This document shows, in pieces, positions 1 through 9,134 of a stretch of 56,130 nucleotides of DNA. Within the stretch, counting starts at the first letter, position 1. Each line of letters starts with the position of its first letter. A program made the position numbers and the translations under genes. A model generated the notes under the pieces. That model searched no databases, was not told the origin of the DNA, and worked only from the letters and a program-made list of their open reading frames with translations. Source of the DNA: a virus (lineage: Duplodnaviria; Caudoviricetes); the IMG/VR virus record IMGVR_UViG_3300022751_000019, positions 1 to 56,130 of that record. One strand, written 5' to 3'.

Positions 1-126
1 TCATAATTTCGCTATTGATTTTCTGATTATAGATAGATTTTCTGAATGTATGTCGTTGTTCTTATTAGAGTAGACATTTGCAAAGGAAAACTCTAATCCA
101 TTGATGCCAATTACAAAAGAATTTTC
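1..126. repeat. Terminal direct repeat, left copy (circular assembly overlap)
   Basis: Identical to 55994-56119; the 1..201 ORF stop overlaps the start of 55797..55997 across the junction. Confidence 0.95.
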
Positions 127-201
127 GCTGAAAGAAAAATAATCTATTCGGCTAATATTAAAAACCATTTCACCGACCTCATTAATAAGTGTTTCAAACA
201 T
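1..201 (-). CDS. Hypothetical protein
   Basis: 66 aa ORF in a tightly packed minus-strand run. Confidence 0.55.
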   Translation of the reverse strand: MFETLINEVGEMVFNISRIDYFSFSENSFVIGINGLEFSFANVYSNKNNDIHSENLSIIRKSIAKL

Positions 202-209
202 GACTTTAT

Positions 210-401
210 TTAGTTATAAGTTAATAATCGGATTTCTTTTATCATTTTATCTATTTCCTCAACCTGAGCCTCATTATCATACAAGGCATCTAAGATTGAG
301 CCGTCACACTCACAACTTATCAGGCTTAGGTTCTCTGTCTGAAGGACTAGTTTACGGGTTAAGAGTTTTCTTTCTCTTTTAACCAGCAGGAGAGTTATCA
401 T
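210..401 (-). CDS. Hypothetical protein
   Basis: 63 aa ORF, 4-nt overlap with the upstream ORF. Confidence 0.55.
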   Translation of the reverse strand: MITLLLVKRERKLLTRKLVLQTENLSLISCECDGSILDALYDNEAQVEEIDKMIKEIRLLTYN

Positions 402-598
402 GGCTTAATAATGATTCTAATCTCGTGAACTGAACCATCGGATAGTAATTTTTCTATCCTGTCTTTATTCAGATACAAGGGCACACTAAATACTTCTTTG
501 TCGTCTACGTATGATACTTGAAATTTATGTTCATAAAAGGCAAGTGTTTCTAAAGCCTCTTTGACTTCTTCTTGTTCTTCAATTTCTTTCTTTGTCAT
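398..598 (-). CDS. Hypothetical protein
   Basis: 66 aa ORF in an operon-like run. Confidence 0.6.
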   Translation of the reverse strand: MTKKEIEEQEEVKEALETLAFYEHKFQVSYVDDKEVFSVPLYLNKDRIEKLLSDGSVHEIRIIIKP

Positions 599-796
599 TG
601 TATTAAGGTTGATTAGTGAGAGGGTTATTTTAAACTCTTAATTCTACGTTGCCACTCATAATTGGGCTTCTTCTTTCGAGACTTGTAAAACTCTCTATCA
701 TCTTTGAAATGATGAACTAGCATCGGCAAAGGTTATCTATACGGGTCTTGTGCTTGCATTTGAATAGTTTATTTTAAGATTAATTGTTAAGGGTGT

Positions 797-1033
797 TTAA
801 AAAGGGTCTCTTGGGTTTGTTAAATATGTTTTTCTTTCAAGCGGTATTCCAAGAACTTTTACATCCAGAATATTTTTCCTGACCACCAGTATTTTACCAT
901 CAGCAAATTTGATAGCTACCTTGCAAGTGTTAACCGAACGGTTATAGAAACGAGCTTTTATAAACTCATTGTCTCCATTATTTCTATATTCGCAACCTTT
1001 TAACTTTTCGTATTCTTCGACACTTATTTCCAT
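797..1033 (-). CDS. Hypothetical protein
   Basis: 78 aa ORF. Confidence 0.6.
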   Translation of the reverse strand: MEISVEEYEKLKGCEYRNNGDNEFIKARFYNRSVNTCKVAIKFADGKILVVRKNILDVKVLGIPLERKTYLTNPRDPF

Positions 1034-1037
1034 AGTT

Positions 1038-1247
1038 TTAATATTTAGTTTTGCCAGTAAAATAACTTGATTGTTCTCTACTCATCCCCTCTAAGGTTTT
1101 AGTAGAGTCGAAACTTGTAACAGCCGTAAGAGATTGTTTAATATCTTTCCAGGCAGACTTTAAAGCTTCTGATAAACTCCAGTCGTACTTTCTGATTTTG
1201 AAATGAGCCAGTTTAAATAGTTCGGAGTAATTAATTGGGGTTTTCAT
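1038..1247 (-). CDS. Hypothetical protein
   Basis: 69 aa ORF with LAH...SLSEALKSAW, a pattern typical of small phage early proteins. Confidence 0.6.
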   Translation of the reverse strand: MKTPINYSELFKLAHFKIRKYDWSLSEALKSAWKDIKQSLTAVTSFDSTKTLEGMSREQSSYFTGKTKY

Positions 1248-1286
1248 AGGACTTATTTGGCACTTACGTAGCTCCCACGATGATTT

Positions 1287-1556
1287 TTAGTCGATATTTT
1301 GAGAAACTAAAGGGCTTTTTGTAAAGTTAAACATGATTCTAATTGCACCATATCCAGTAGATGAAATATGAGACCATCCAGATAAAGCCTTTTTTACTTG
1401 ATTAGCCAATTTTTTAGTTTTAGCATCATCACACATACCGAAACCGTTTCTTTCAAAATATCCTACACAAACCTCAACTTCATCTTTTTCAATTGTAAGG
1501 TTATTTGTTTCAACTCCTGCTTTTGCTAATTTCTTGGTGATTTGATTTGCTGTCAT
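1287..1556 (-). CDS. Hypothetical early protein
   Basis: 89 aa ORF directly downstream of a TAnnTTTG promoter. Confidence 0.7.
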   Translation of the reverse strand: MTANQITKKLAKAGVETNNLTIEKDEVEVCVGYFERNGFGMCDDAKTKKLANQVKKALSGWSHISSTGYGAIRIMFNFTKSPLVSQNID

Positions 1557-1591
1557 TTTCTTAGTTGTTTTTGTTTCTCTTAATGATGAAT

Positions 1592-1623
1592 CAAAGGTAA
1601 TAGATTTATATTACTTACGCAAG
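1592..1623 (-). promoter_or_regulatory. Bacteroidota-type promoter (TACCTTTG) overlapped by palindromic operator GTAATA-N6-TATTAC
   Basis: CAAAGGTA at 1592-1599; palindrome at 1597-1614; near-identical element at 2300-2331. Confidence 0.7.
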
Positions 1624-1634
1624 AAAAAGTTAAT

Positions 1635-1835
1635 TTATTTTTCAACTAAATAAGAATTAACTACTCCGAACACCCTGGCAAGTTCTTCAAGTGTTTCTAC
1701 ACTAGGCAAAGAAACCCCTTTCTCTATTTTATAGATATTTTGTTTAGCAACAACAGGGTTCATTCTGCTTCCCAGTTCTTGCATAGACCAGTTTCTTTCT
1801 AGTCTCATTTGCTTAATTTTCTCGTTTAGTTTCAT
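1635..1835 (-). CDS. XRE/Cro-CI family helix-turn-helix regulator
   Basis: IKQMRLERNWSMQELG...IYKIEKGVSLPSVETLEELARVFGV matches the HTH_3 pattern. Confidence 0.9.
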   Translation of the reverse strand: MKLNEKIKQMRLERNWSMQELGSRMNPVVAKQNIYKIEKGVSLPSVETLEELARVFGVVNSYLVEK

Positions 1836-2038
1836 GACTTAAAGTTTCCTAGTTTTCTAAATTCAATTTCTTTTAAGTGTGCCACTCCAACTGTTTGGAG
1901 AATCCAGCCTCGCTTCCCGTGCTTTCTAACTAGCCTTTCTAGTTCTTCGTGAGCCTCTCCAAACTGCTCGTGTCTTTTTGTTGGCATTGATTGTCCGTCA
2001 ATCATTACCATGTAAAATACTTCATTTCCCATTGTCAT
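1832..2038 (-). CDS. Hypothetical protein
   Basis: 68 aa ORF overlapping both neighbours. Confidence 0.6.
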   Translation of the reverse strand: MTMGNEVFYMVMIDGQSMPTKRHEQFGEAHEELERLVRKHGKRGWILQTVGVAHLKEIEFRKLGNFKS

Positions 2039-2264
2039 TTGATTTAAAAGGTGGTCTTTGTGTTGCTTGATACTCTCTTTCTACAATATAGGCAGATAAT
2101 TCAGGGAACTCAGGATTATTATTTCTCCATCCATGTAATTTGATTAGAGTAGTTAAAGCCAAATCTCTATCGTTTGTCCATCCCGAGTGATTAATTACTT
2201 GGGTATTTATTGATATTCCGTTTGCGGTGTAAGCCTTAAATCTGATTCCGTATTGAGTCGCCAT
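2022..2264 (-). CDS. Hypothetical protein
   Basis: 80 aa ORF, first gene after the promoter/operator at ~2300. Confidence 0.6.
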   Translation of the reverse strand: MATQYGIRFKAYTANGISINTQVINHSGWTNDRDLALTTLIKLHGWRNNNPEFPELSAYIVEREYQATQRPPFKSNDNGK

Positions 2265-2299
2265 TGTCTTAGATATTTAATTGTTTCTGTTTGACGATA

Positions 2300-2331
2300 T
2301 AAAGGTAATACATAAGTATTACTTATGCAAG
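2300..2331 (-). promoter_or_regulatory. Second promoter/operator copy GTAATA-N6-TATTAC
   Basis: Palindrome at 2305-2322 with the same flanks as the first copy (AAAG...TTAYGCAAG). Confidence 0.65.
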
Positions 2332-2380
2332 CATTATCTAATTTATTTTTACTTTTATTTTACCTTTATTGTTTTTTCTC

Positions 2381-2388
2381 TATATTTG
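2381..2388 (+). promoter_or_regulatory. Rightward -7 promoter element TATATTTG for the packaging operon
   Basis: Exact TAnnTTTG 17 nt upstream of ATG 2406, at the strand switch. Confidence 0.65.
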
Positions 2389-2405
2389 ATGTAAAAAGTA
2401 GTAAA

Positions 2406-2597
2406 ATGGCTATCGTTAAAGACGAAATAGTTAATGTAGAAGTACAAGGCTTTGAGGAATTTGATAAGAAATTCCAAAACGTAGTAGATACAAGAAAGGC
2501 TTATTACAAGGCAGTGAGGGAATTAATGGATTTTGAGTTACTTTTTAATATTGGGAAGGAATATTTTAGGTTGGATAAACAAAAGAAATCAAAATGA
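2406..2597 (+). CDS. Hypothetical protein (start revised to ATG 2406)
   Basis: The longer ORF from 2325 runs through the promoter; MAIVKDEI is the likelier start. Confidence 0.55.
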   Translation: MAIVKDEIVNVEVQGFEEFDKKFQNVVDTRKAYYKAVRELMDFELLFNIGKEYFRLDKQKKSK

Positions 2598-2935
2598 AGT
2601 GTAAAATCTGTATAGCAACCGAGAGTTTAGACAGTGAAGGTGATATTATCAAGATAGATGGTATTAAACTTAATGGAGTCCCACTAGTAAAAGATTTTGA
2701 TTTGTCTAAGTTTATAGGGAAGGTTACCCCTTATATTAAGGATAATAGGCTAATGGCAGATGTTGATATTGAAGGTTTTGAGAATTTATATCCAGCTATT
2801 GGATTTTCAGTCAAACAATGCAACATTAGAAACGATGGAGAGGTAAGAATTATTGAAAAAGCCATGCTTCACAGTGTTTCTTTCTGTCAAAAGCCTAATG
2901 TTGATTCTAGTATTAAGAAAATAGGAGAACAGTAA
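2594..2935 (+). CDS. HK97 prohead-protease-like protein, probably inactive
   Basis: IATESLDSEGDII, IGK, AIGF and LHSVSF..PN follow the S78 motif order, but the catalytic His and Ser appear replaced. Confidence 0.6.
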   Translation: MKCKICIATESLDSEGDIIKIDGIKLNGVPLVKDFDLSKFIGKVTPYIKDNRLMADVDIEGFENLYPAIGFSVKQCNIRNDGEVRIIEKAMLHSVSFCQKPNVDSSIKKIGEQ

Positions 2936-2996
2936 TAGGATTATTATAATAAAATATCCGTCTTGAGACAAGTGAAATTATACAAAACAAAGAATT

Positions 2997-3449
2997 ATGG
3001 TTTATTCGGATGAAGATAAGGAAAGAATATTGAAGTTTATCTTTGAGGAGATAGCTAAAGGTAGTTCTTTGAGAAGTGTAATAAGGGATAATGAAAATAT
3101 GCCTGATAGGACTACCGTAAAAGAATGGATTGATAAAGAAGAGAAATATACCCTCCAATACGCATACGCACGCGAGGAAAGGGCAGAATCAATTTTTGAA
3201 GATATACTTGAAATAGCAGACGAGGCAGACAATGACTATGTACCAACTCTAATAGGTGAAACAGAAGTAGGCTTTAAGTTTAACTCTGAAAATGTTCAAC
3301 GCTCACGGTTAAAAATAGACTCTCGTAAATGGATGCTTGGGAAAATGAATCCTAAGAAATACGGTGAAAAATTAGACGTTACAACCGACGGAGAAAAGAT
3401 AAATACCGTGACGATTTTTGAACTCCCTAACGATGGTAGAAACGGTTGA
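2997..3449 (+). CDS. terS: Terminase small subunit
   Basis: GSSLRSV..MPDRTTV..W, EILEIAD-like stretch, RLKIDSRKWMLGKMNPKKYGEK (Sf6 gp1-like); precedes terL. Confidence 0.9.
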   Translation: MVYSDEDKERILKFIFEEIAKGSSLRSVIRDNENMPDRTTVKEWIDKEEKYTLQYAYAREERAESIFEDILEIADEADNDYVPTLIGETEVGFKFNSENVQRSRLKIDSRKWMLGKMNPKKYGEKLDVTTDGEKINTVTIFELPNDGRNG

Positions 3450-4920
3450 GCGAATAAGACCACAAGAGGGTTATCAAATGAAAGCCCTTAGCTCAAAAGC
3501 TGATATAGTAATAGGTGGGGCTGCTGCTGGGGTTGGTAAGACGTTTACGCTTCTTTTGGAGCCACTAAAGCATATAATAACTACTGAGGGTTTTGGAGGT
3601 GTCATATTTAGAAGGACAACCACACAGATAAAAAATGAAGGTGGTCTTTGGGATACCTCAACAACACTATTTACAAAGATACCTAATACAAGACCCAGAG
3701 AGTCGTCTTTAGAGTGGATGTTTGATTTGCCTAGTGGAAAATCAAATAAAATAAAGTTCGCTCATTTAGAGTATGAGAAAAATATTTACGATTGGCAAGG
3801 TTCACAAATACCTTTTATTGGCTTTGATGAGCTAACCCATTTTACAGAGAAGATGTTTTTTTATCTTCTTTCTCGTAATCGCTCAGTCTGTGGGGTTAAG
3901 CCTTATGTAAGAGCCACTTGTAACCCTGACCCTGAAAGTTGGGTTTACAATTTAATAAGCTGGTGGATTGATGATGAAGGAGACCCTATACCAGAACGTG
4001 ACGGAGTAGTCAGGTATTTTATAAAAAATGCAGAATCTTATATCTGGGGGGATACTGTCGAAGAAGTTCATGAAAAATCAGCATGGTTTTTAGACAAATT
4101 AATCAAAGAATCAGGATTAGATAAAAAAGATTTTATTAAGTCTATTACTTTTGTTTCTGGGAGTATTTATGATAACAAAAAGCTCCTCTCAAAAGACCCG
4201 TCTTATTTGGGTAATCTTTTGGCTCAGGATGAACAGACTCAAAGGCAACTATTAAAAGGTAACTGGAAATTTATTCCTTCTGACTTAGACATATATAATT
4301 ATCATTCATTTGTAGGGATGTTTGAGAACTTTATTAATGTTACTGGAAAGAAGCGTATTACGGCAGATATTGCCCTAAAGGGTTCAAACAAGTTCATTGT
4401 AGGGGTATGGGATGGGTTTGAGTTGATAGACTTGGCTATACTTGACACCTCCAATGGAAAACAGGTAATTGATACTATCATAGCATTTATGAAAAAGTAC
4501 TCAATACCAAATTCAAGTGTTGTTTATGATAATGATGGAGTAGGTGGTTTTGTAGATGGTTTTATAGTAGGGTCTATCCCGTTTGTTAATAACGCCAAAG
4601 CTTTAAATAAAGAGAACTACGATAATTTAAAAACACAGTGTTATTATAAATCTGGAGACCGTGTAAATAATGGCGGATATAGGGTTAGCGAAAAGGTGGC
4701 TAACATGATGTATGATGACAAGATGACTGTAAGGCAAAGATTTATTTATGAAAGAAAGGCTATAAAAAGAGCTAAAACCGATTTTGATGGTAAGTTAAAG
4801 ATAATAGGAAAAGACGAAATGAAAACCATGCTGAAGAATGAAAGCCCTGATTTGATGGATATGTTTTGTTTTAGAGAAGTATTTGAATTAACACCAGTAG
4901 TAGAATGGAAAATGTATTAA
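3433..4920 (+). CDS. terL: Terminase large subunit
   Basis: Walker A GAAAGVGKT, Walker B IGFDELTHF, ATCNP coupling motif, C-terminal nuclease ADIA and SPDLMD; start taken at ATG 3433 rather than TTG 3418. Confidence 0.95.
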   Translation: MVETVERIRPQEGYQMKALSSKADIVIGGAAAGVGKTFTLLLEPLKHIITTEGFGGVIFRRTTTQIKNEGGLWDTSTTLFTKIPNTRPRESSLEWMFDLPSGKSNKIKFAHLEYEKNIYDWQGSQIPFIGFDELTHFTEKMFFYLLSRNRSVCGVKPYVRATCNPDPESWVYNLISWWIDDEGDPIPERDGVVRYFIKNAESYIWGDTVEEVHEKSAWFLDKLIKESGLDKKDFIKSITFVSGSIYDNKKLLSKDPSYLGNLLAQDEQTQRQLLKGNWKFIPSDLDIYNYHSFVGMFENFINVTGKKRITADIALKGSNKFIVGVWDGFELIDLAILDTSNGKQVIDTIIAFMKKYSIPNSSVVYDNDGVGGFVDGFIVGSIPFVNNAKALNKENYDNLKTQCYYKSGDRVNNGGYRVSEKVANMMYDDKMTVRQRFIYERKAIKRAKTDFDGKLKIIGKDEMKTMLKNESPDLMDMFCFREVFELTPVVEWKMY

Positions 4921-4929
4921 TCTAACAAC

Positions 4930-6315
4930 ATGAATATACTCGATTGGTTCTCAGGCGAAAAGAAAGAAAAATCTATCGTTATTGATTCTGCCTCCAAAGT
5001 ACCTGCTGAAATAGTTGTCCAGTTTATTGGCGGGCATCCTGTAGTCTATTATAAGTCCAATACCAATACTTATCTGAGAAAAGGATTTGAAGGCAATCAT
5101 ATGATTTTCACCATTGCCGACTGGTGTGCCAGAAAGATGACCTGTATCCCCCCAATCCTTTATAATGTCAAAGACAAGTCTGCCGCTAAGGATTATAAGT
5201 ACCTAAGAAAAGAGGGTTCTTTCGATTCTTATTTGGCTGCCAGAAAAATAAAAGAACAAGCCTTTAAAGAAGTAAAAGACCATCAGATTCTTGATGTGCT
5301 TGCTAATCCAAATCCTTTAATGAGTTGGGATGAGTTTATTTATGGTTATTTCATCTTTAAGAAGTTTGTAGGCAATTCTATCATTCAAGGAATAGCCACA
5401 GAGAACGGATTAAATGCAGGGAAGGTACAAGAGCTTTGGCTACTCCCTTCTAATTATATTACACCCGTAGGAGGACAGGGACTAGATGCAATAGACCACT
5501 ATACAGACTCCAGACACCCTGACTTGAAAATCCCTACTGACTATCTGATTGTTACCCGTAACTTTTCAGCAGATTACAGAACACCAGGGGCACAGCTTTC
5601 AGGTATGTCGGTTCTTCAGGCTGCCACAGGGCAACTAACAAAATCTAATACTTCGTTAGAAGCAGAGACGGAGGCACTTCAAAACAGGGGAGCAAGGAAT
5701 TTAATATTTCCAAAGATTCCTAAAGAGTTAATGGGTGGTCTTACTTTGCCCTCTGGAGAGACTGTTGATACTATGAATCAGGATTTACGTAAACGTTTAA
5801 AAGAGGCAGGCAATCAAGGCACCATTGTAAATTCAATTGAACTGGGACACATACAAATAGGTATGTCTCCAGTTGACCTTCAAATCTTAGAAACTAATAA
5901 AGCAGATATACAGTTGTGGTGTTCTTTGTTTCATGTCGATTCAAGAGCAGTCTATAATGACCACCAGTCTAGCACTAAGGATAATATGCAGACTGCTCGT
6001 CTGAACTCAATTGTAGACGGGGTATTCCCTGATTTAGAGGCTCTTAAAAACGGACTCAATCAAAAATTTATTAAGACATGGGGTGATGAATTCTATTTAG
6101 ATTTTGACTATACCGTCTTAGCAGAAATACAGGCCCAGTTAAGAGAAACAGCCGAAAAGATGGCGAGTACTGGCGTATTTACTACCAATGAGATAAGAGA
6201 GATTTGGAAGTATGAAAAATACAATGGAATGAACGGAGATAAGATTCTGGTAGCCTCTACAAAGAGAATCTTAGATGACTTAGACAATGTGCTGGATGAT
6301 GCACCGATTGAATGA
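4930..6315 (+). CDS. Portal protein (HK97 family)
   Basis: NPNPLMS, GN, ELWLLP, GMS, SPVDLQILE, TTNEIRE motifs; position after terL. Confidence 0.92.
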   Translation: MNILDWFSGEKKEKSIVIDSASKVPAEIVVQFIGGHPVVYYKSNTNTYLRKGFEGNHMIFTIADWCARKMTCIPPILYNVKDKSAAKDYKYLRKEGSFDSYLAARKIKEQAFKEVKDHQILDVLANPNPLMSWDEFIYGYFIFKKFVGNSIIQGIATENGLNAGKVQELWLLPSNYITPVGGQGLDAIDHYTDSRHPDLKIPTDYLIVTRNFSADYRTPGAQLSGMSVLQAATGQLTKSNTSLEAETEALQNRGARNLIFPKIPKELMGGLTLPSGETVDTMNQDLRKRLKEAGNQGTIVNSIELGHIQIGMSPVDLQILETNKADIQLWCSLFHVDSRAVYNDHQSSTKDNMQTARLNSIVDGVFPDLEALKNGLNQKFIKTWGDEFYLDFDYTVLAEIQAQLRETAEKMASTGVFTTNEIREIWKYEKYNGMNGDKILVASTKRILDDLDNVLDDAPIE

Positions 6316-7187
6316 CACAAAAAGACAAGATAGCTTACTCAAAACTTTACTCAAGGTTTAACTCACGTATCGAAAGATATGGACAGAGCTTCTTTTATAA
6401 GGTTTTAAAATCTCAATGGACTAACTTAAAGCCTTTGCTTTCTCAATACGATTTGTCTTATATTTCTCAGAATATAGACTCTTTTATATCAGAAGAAACC
6501 TTTAGAATAGCCTTGTCAGAATTTAATTCAAAAGCAGGGGAGAAGTTTTTAAAGTTCTACAAGATCACAACCATTCAAAAAGATATACAGCCCCTACAAA
6601 ACATTACAATAGCTTTTAGGGATGCTGAGAAGATAGCACAACTGGCTAAAATTGCTCAGAGTATAGAGGTAGGTGAAAAGGTAACACAGATAACTGAGAC
6701 TACAAGAAAGCAAATCAGCGATGCCATCAATGAGGGGCTTGCTCTGAATAAAACCAAAGCCGAAATAGCTAAAGACATTTATAATCTTACTGGAGGCACA
6801 ATAGCCCGTAATAGGTCTGTTACCATTGCAAGAACTGAAACGACCTATATAAGCTCATTAGCTAACGAGATAAGTATCTCAGACAGTCCATTTAAGTACA
6901 ATAAGATTTGGATACCAGTGAGAGACTTTAGGACACGACAAGACCACTTGGCTATGTTTAAGCACAAGCCTATTCCCAAAGAAGAAAGGTTCAACGTCGG
7001 AGGTGTCCTAATGAAATATCCAGGAGACCCAACAGGAGGGGCCGCTAATGTTATAAGATGCAGATGTGCCTTAGTCTATGAGCCTATTAAGCCAGATGTT
7101 GAAGAGATTGCACCCTCTCAAAGCTCAGGTAGTTTACTAAGTGGTATTCTTATCAGTGAGCTACTGGCGGAGCTTTTAAAAGACTAG
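6312..7187 (+). CDS. Minor head protein, Mu gpF/SPP1 gp7 family
   Basis: IARTET, KIW...D.RTR.DH, YPGDP, NVIRCRC. Confidence 0.92.
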   Translation: MTQKDKIAYSKLYSRFNSRIERYGQSFFYKVLKSQWTNLKPLLSQYDLSYISQNIDSFISEETFRIALSEFNSKAGEKFLKFYKITTIQKDIQPLQNITIAFRDAEKIAQLAKIAQSIEVGEKVTQITETTRKQISDAINEGLALNKTKAEIAKDIYNLTGGTIARNRSVTIARTETTYISSLANEISISDSPFKYNKIWIPVRDFRTRQDHLAMFKHKPIPKEERFNVGGVLMKYPGDPTGGAANVIRCRCALVYEPIKPDVEEIAPSQSSGSLLSGILISELLAELLKD

Positions 7188-7227
7188 CCCTATTCGTTAA
7201 TTATCCATTCTTCAGTATCCATTTTCT

Positions 7228-7617
7228 TTATTTAATTTTGTCGTCTATAATACAAGCGAATCCCCAAAAGAATATCGCCAAACCCAATACACCTATAAAA
7301 ATATAAATAACGTTATGCCCCCTATCAATCCCCATATCTACATTGGTTAAGTTAAACGAAAGGCGTTTACCCTCTTCTGCTATTTTATAGGTATACAAAT
7401 CTACTAATAATTCAAACCTTACAGTATCTTTTAGGCAAACTAATTTATATCCATTGTGGCTAACCCTCCCTTTGTGATTACTAAATACATCTTCTTTAAA
7501 TAACACTTTAACAGATATATTGTTTTCTTTGCGGTCTGGGTCTGTAAAGCCCTTATAGGTAGCGAAGACAATCAATAAAACACCTGTAATAATGAGTATT
7601 ATGTTTTTATACTTCAT
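7228..7617 (-). CDS. Two-TM membrane protein (start revised to 7617)
   Basis: Hydrophobic N- and C-terminal segments; own promoter CAAACATA at 7632-7639. Confidence 0.7.
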   Translation of the reverse strand: MKYKNIILIITGVLLIVFATYKGFTDPDRKENNISVKVLFKEDVFSNHKGRVSHNGYKLVCLKDTVRFELLVDLYTYKIAEEGKRLSFNLTNVDMGIDRGHNVIYIFIGVLGLAIFFWGFACIIDDKIK

Positions 7618-7631
7618 AATCTTTTTTCTTG

Positions 7632-7659
7632 CAAACATACAAAACTTTTCTTAGATTTG
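7632..7659. promoter_or_regulatory. Divergent promoter pair
   Basis: TATGTTTG on - (7632-7639) and TAGATTTG on + (7652-7659). Confidence 0.65.
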
Positions 7660-7668
7660 TTTATTAGT

Positions 7669-7748
7669 TCAATTGAAAAAGGTAGGATGTTTTCAATTGA
7701 GATATTCACCTTTTAAGTCCTACCAAATCCTACTGGTGGGACTTTTTT
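7669..7748 (+). ncRNA. Structured leader/attenuator (hairpin plus terminator with complementary loops)
   Basis: Stem 7669-7679/7690-7700 with loop AGGTAGGATG; terminator stem 7715-7725/7734-7744 with loop AATCCTAC, then a U-tract just before ATG 7754. Confidence 0.65.
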
Positions 7749-7753
7749 AGTTT

Positions 7754-8251
7754 ATGGAAAGTAACGAACTTTATGATTCGGACTTTATCACTGACCACAT
7801 AAAAAGGTTTCAAGAAAAACAAGGGCATCCTGAAAACGCAAAGTCTTGTCGTTATTATATTGTAGACAATGTGTTATTCTTATACAAAGAAAGGGATAGA
7901 GACTATTTTACTGATTTGGTTATTGATGAAGTAGAAAAGACATTTCCTCACGCAAAGGTTGTAGAGATAGGTTTAAATGCTGATGATTACGCTCAAAATA
8001 GAAGAACTTTAATAGTTAGTGACGAATTTAAAGAGATTGGATCTTTAACTATTGATTTAAAGTTTGCTGTTGGTCTTTCTGATACGGTATATCGTTTAGT
8101 TGAAGAAAGAGAGTATTACGAAGGGATTCAAACTGAATACTTTAAACTTTGGCGTTCGTCTATTAGTGTGACGGATTTCTTTGCCAATCAAAGGTCAAAA
8201 GAGTTAAAATATAAATTAGCTTTATTAAAACTTCATCCAACAAAATTATGA
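7754..8251 (+). CDS. Hypothetical protein
   Basis: 165 aa ORF. Confidence 0.7.
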   Translation: MESNELYDSDFITDHIKRFQEKQGHPENAKSCRYYIVDNVLFLYKERDRDYFTDLVIDEVEKTFPHAKVVEIGLNADDYAQNRRTLIVSDEFKEIGSLTIDLKFAVGLSDTVYRLVEEREYYEGIQTEYFKLWRSSISVTDFFANQRSKELKYKLALLKLHPTKL

Positions 8252-8778
8252 ATATATACCTATTTTTCTTTACTATAATAGTAGTGTTAAGCGTAATACT
8301 ACTATGCTTATGGCTTGTATTTCAACTCAAAACCTTTGCTGTTGATTTACAAACTCTTTACAGATATAGAGCATTAAAGCAAACCCAAAAGCACGAAAGG
8401 GATTTTGAAGATTACAAGATTCAAGTTGAATTAAAATTACGATTAATGAATTATGAAGAATCGAAAGCTATTTGTATTGGCAATCAACAAAATATATTGC
8501 AAATACCTGTTCATATTTATAAGCCTACTCGCTATAACCCTATGATGGAATACGAAAATATGGATATTAATTTGACAGTTCAAACAAGAAACAAACAAAC
8601 TTATAGAAAAACAATCTACAAACCACCATTTAGTATTTTGGAAAAAGAAATACCAGTAAAATACATCGAGTCTCTATTGGCTAAAGAAATGGCTAACTGG
8701 TTAATAGAAAACAAGTTTATTCAAGGTAAATACCAAGAAGATGAAAGGGCGATAGTTTTTTCTTTTAATTACTTTTAA
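8248..8778 (+). CDS. Hypothetical protein with N-terminal TM
   Basis: 176 aa, hydrophobic N-terminus, 4-nt overlap. Confidence 0.7.
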   Translation: MNIYLFFFTIIVVLSVILLCLWLVFQLKTFAVDLQTLYRYRALKQTQKHERDFEDYKIQVELKLRLMNYEESKAICIGNQQNILQIPVHIYKPTRYNPMMEYENMDINLTVQTRNKQTYRKTIYKPPFSILEKEIPVKYIESLLAKEMANWLIENKFIQGKYQEDERAIVFSFNYF

Positions 8779-8789
8779 ATCTTAATCCT

Positions 8790-9134
8790 ATGAAAAACAT
8801 TAAAGAATGGAACGGCAGTATAATCAAAGAGACTAAGACTCATTACAAGGTATATAATAAGAACGGGTTTCAATTACTGTGTCTTAATGATGGAACCGTA
8901 ATTCCTATGCAAACAGAAAGCAAGGTGACCTCGCTTGTCAAAGGTGTTTCTACCTGTCAAATAACGGTATTTGTAAATATGACTGATTCAATACAGTTAA
9001 TTGATGGAGAATTGTTTTTGAGTGGTGAAAAGCTAATCGGGATAGATTCATTCATACATATCATAAGTGATAAAATTATCAACTCGGTAATATTTACCGT
9101 TGAATGTGAACTTATAAACTCTGTAATAAAATGA
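8790..9134 (+). CDS. Hypothetical protein
   Basis: 114 aa ORF in operon. Confidence 0.65.
   Translation: MKNIKEWNGSIIKETKTHYKVYNKNGFQLLCLNDGTVIPMQTESKVTSLVKGVSTCQITVFVNMTDSIQLIDGELFLSGEKLIGIDSFIHIISDKIINSVIFTVECELINSVIK

Noticed and set aside
1-126. Terminal repeat as a biological packaging DTR
   Set aside because: It cuts through a gene and its length is close to a common assembler k-mer size, so I treat it as circular overlap.
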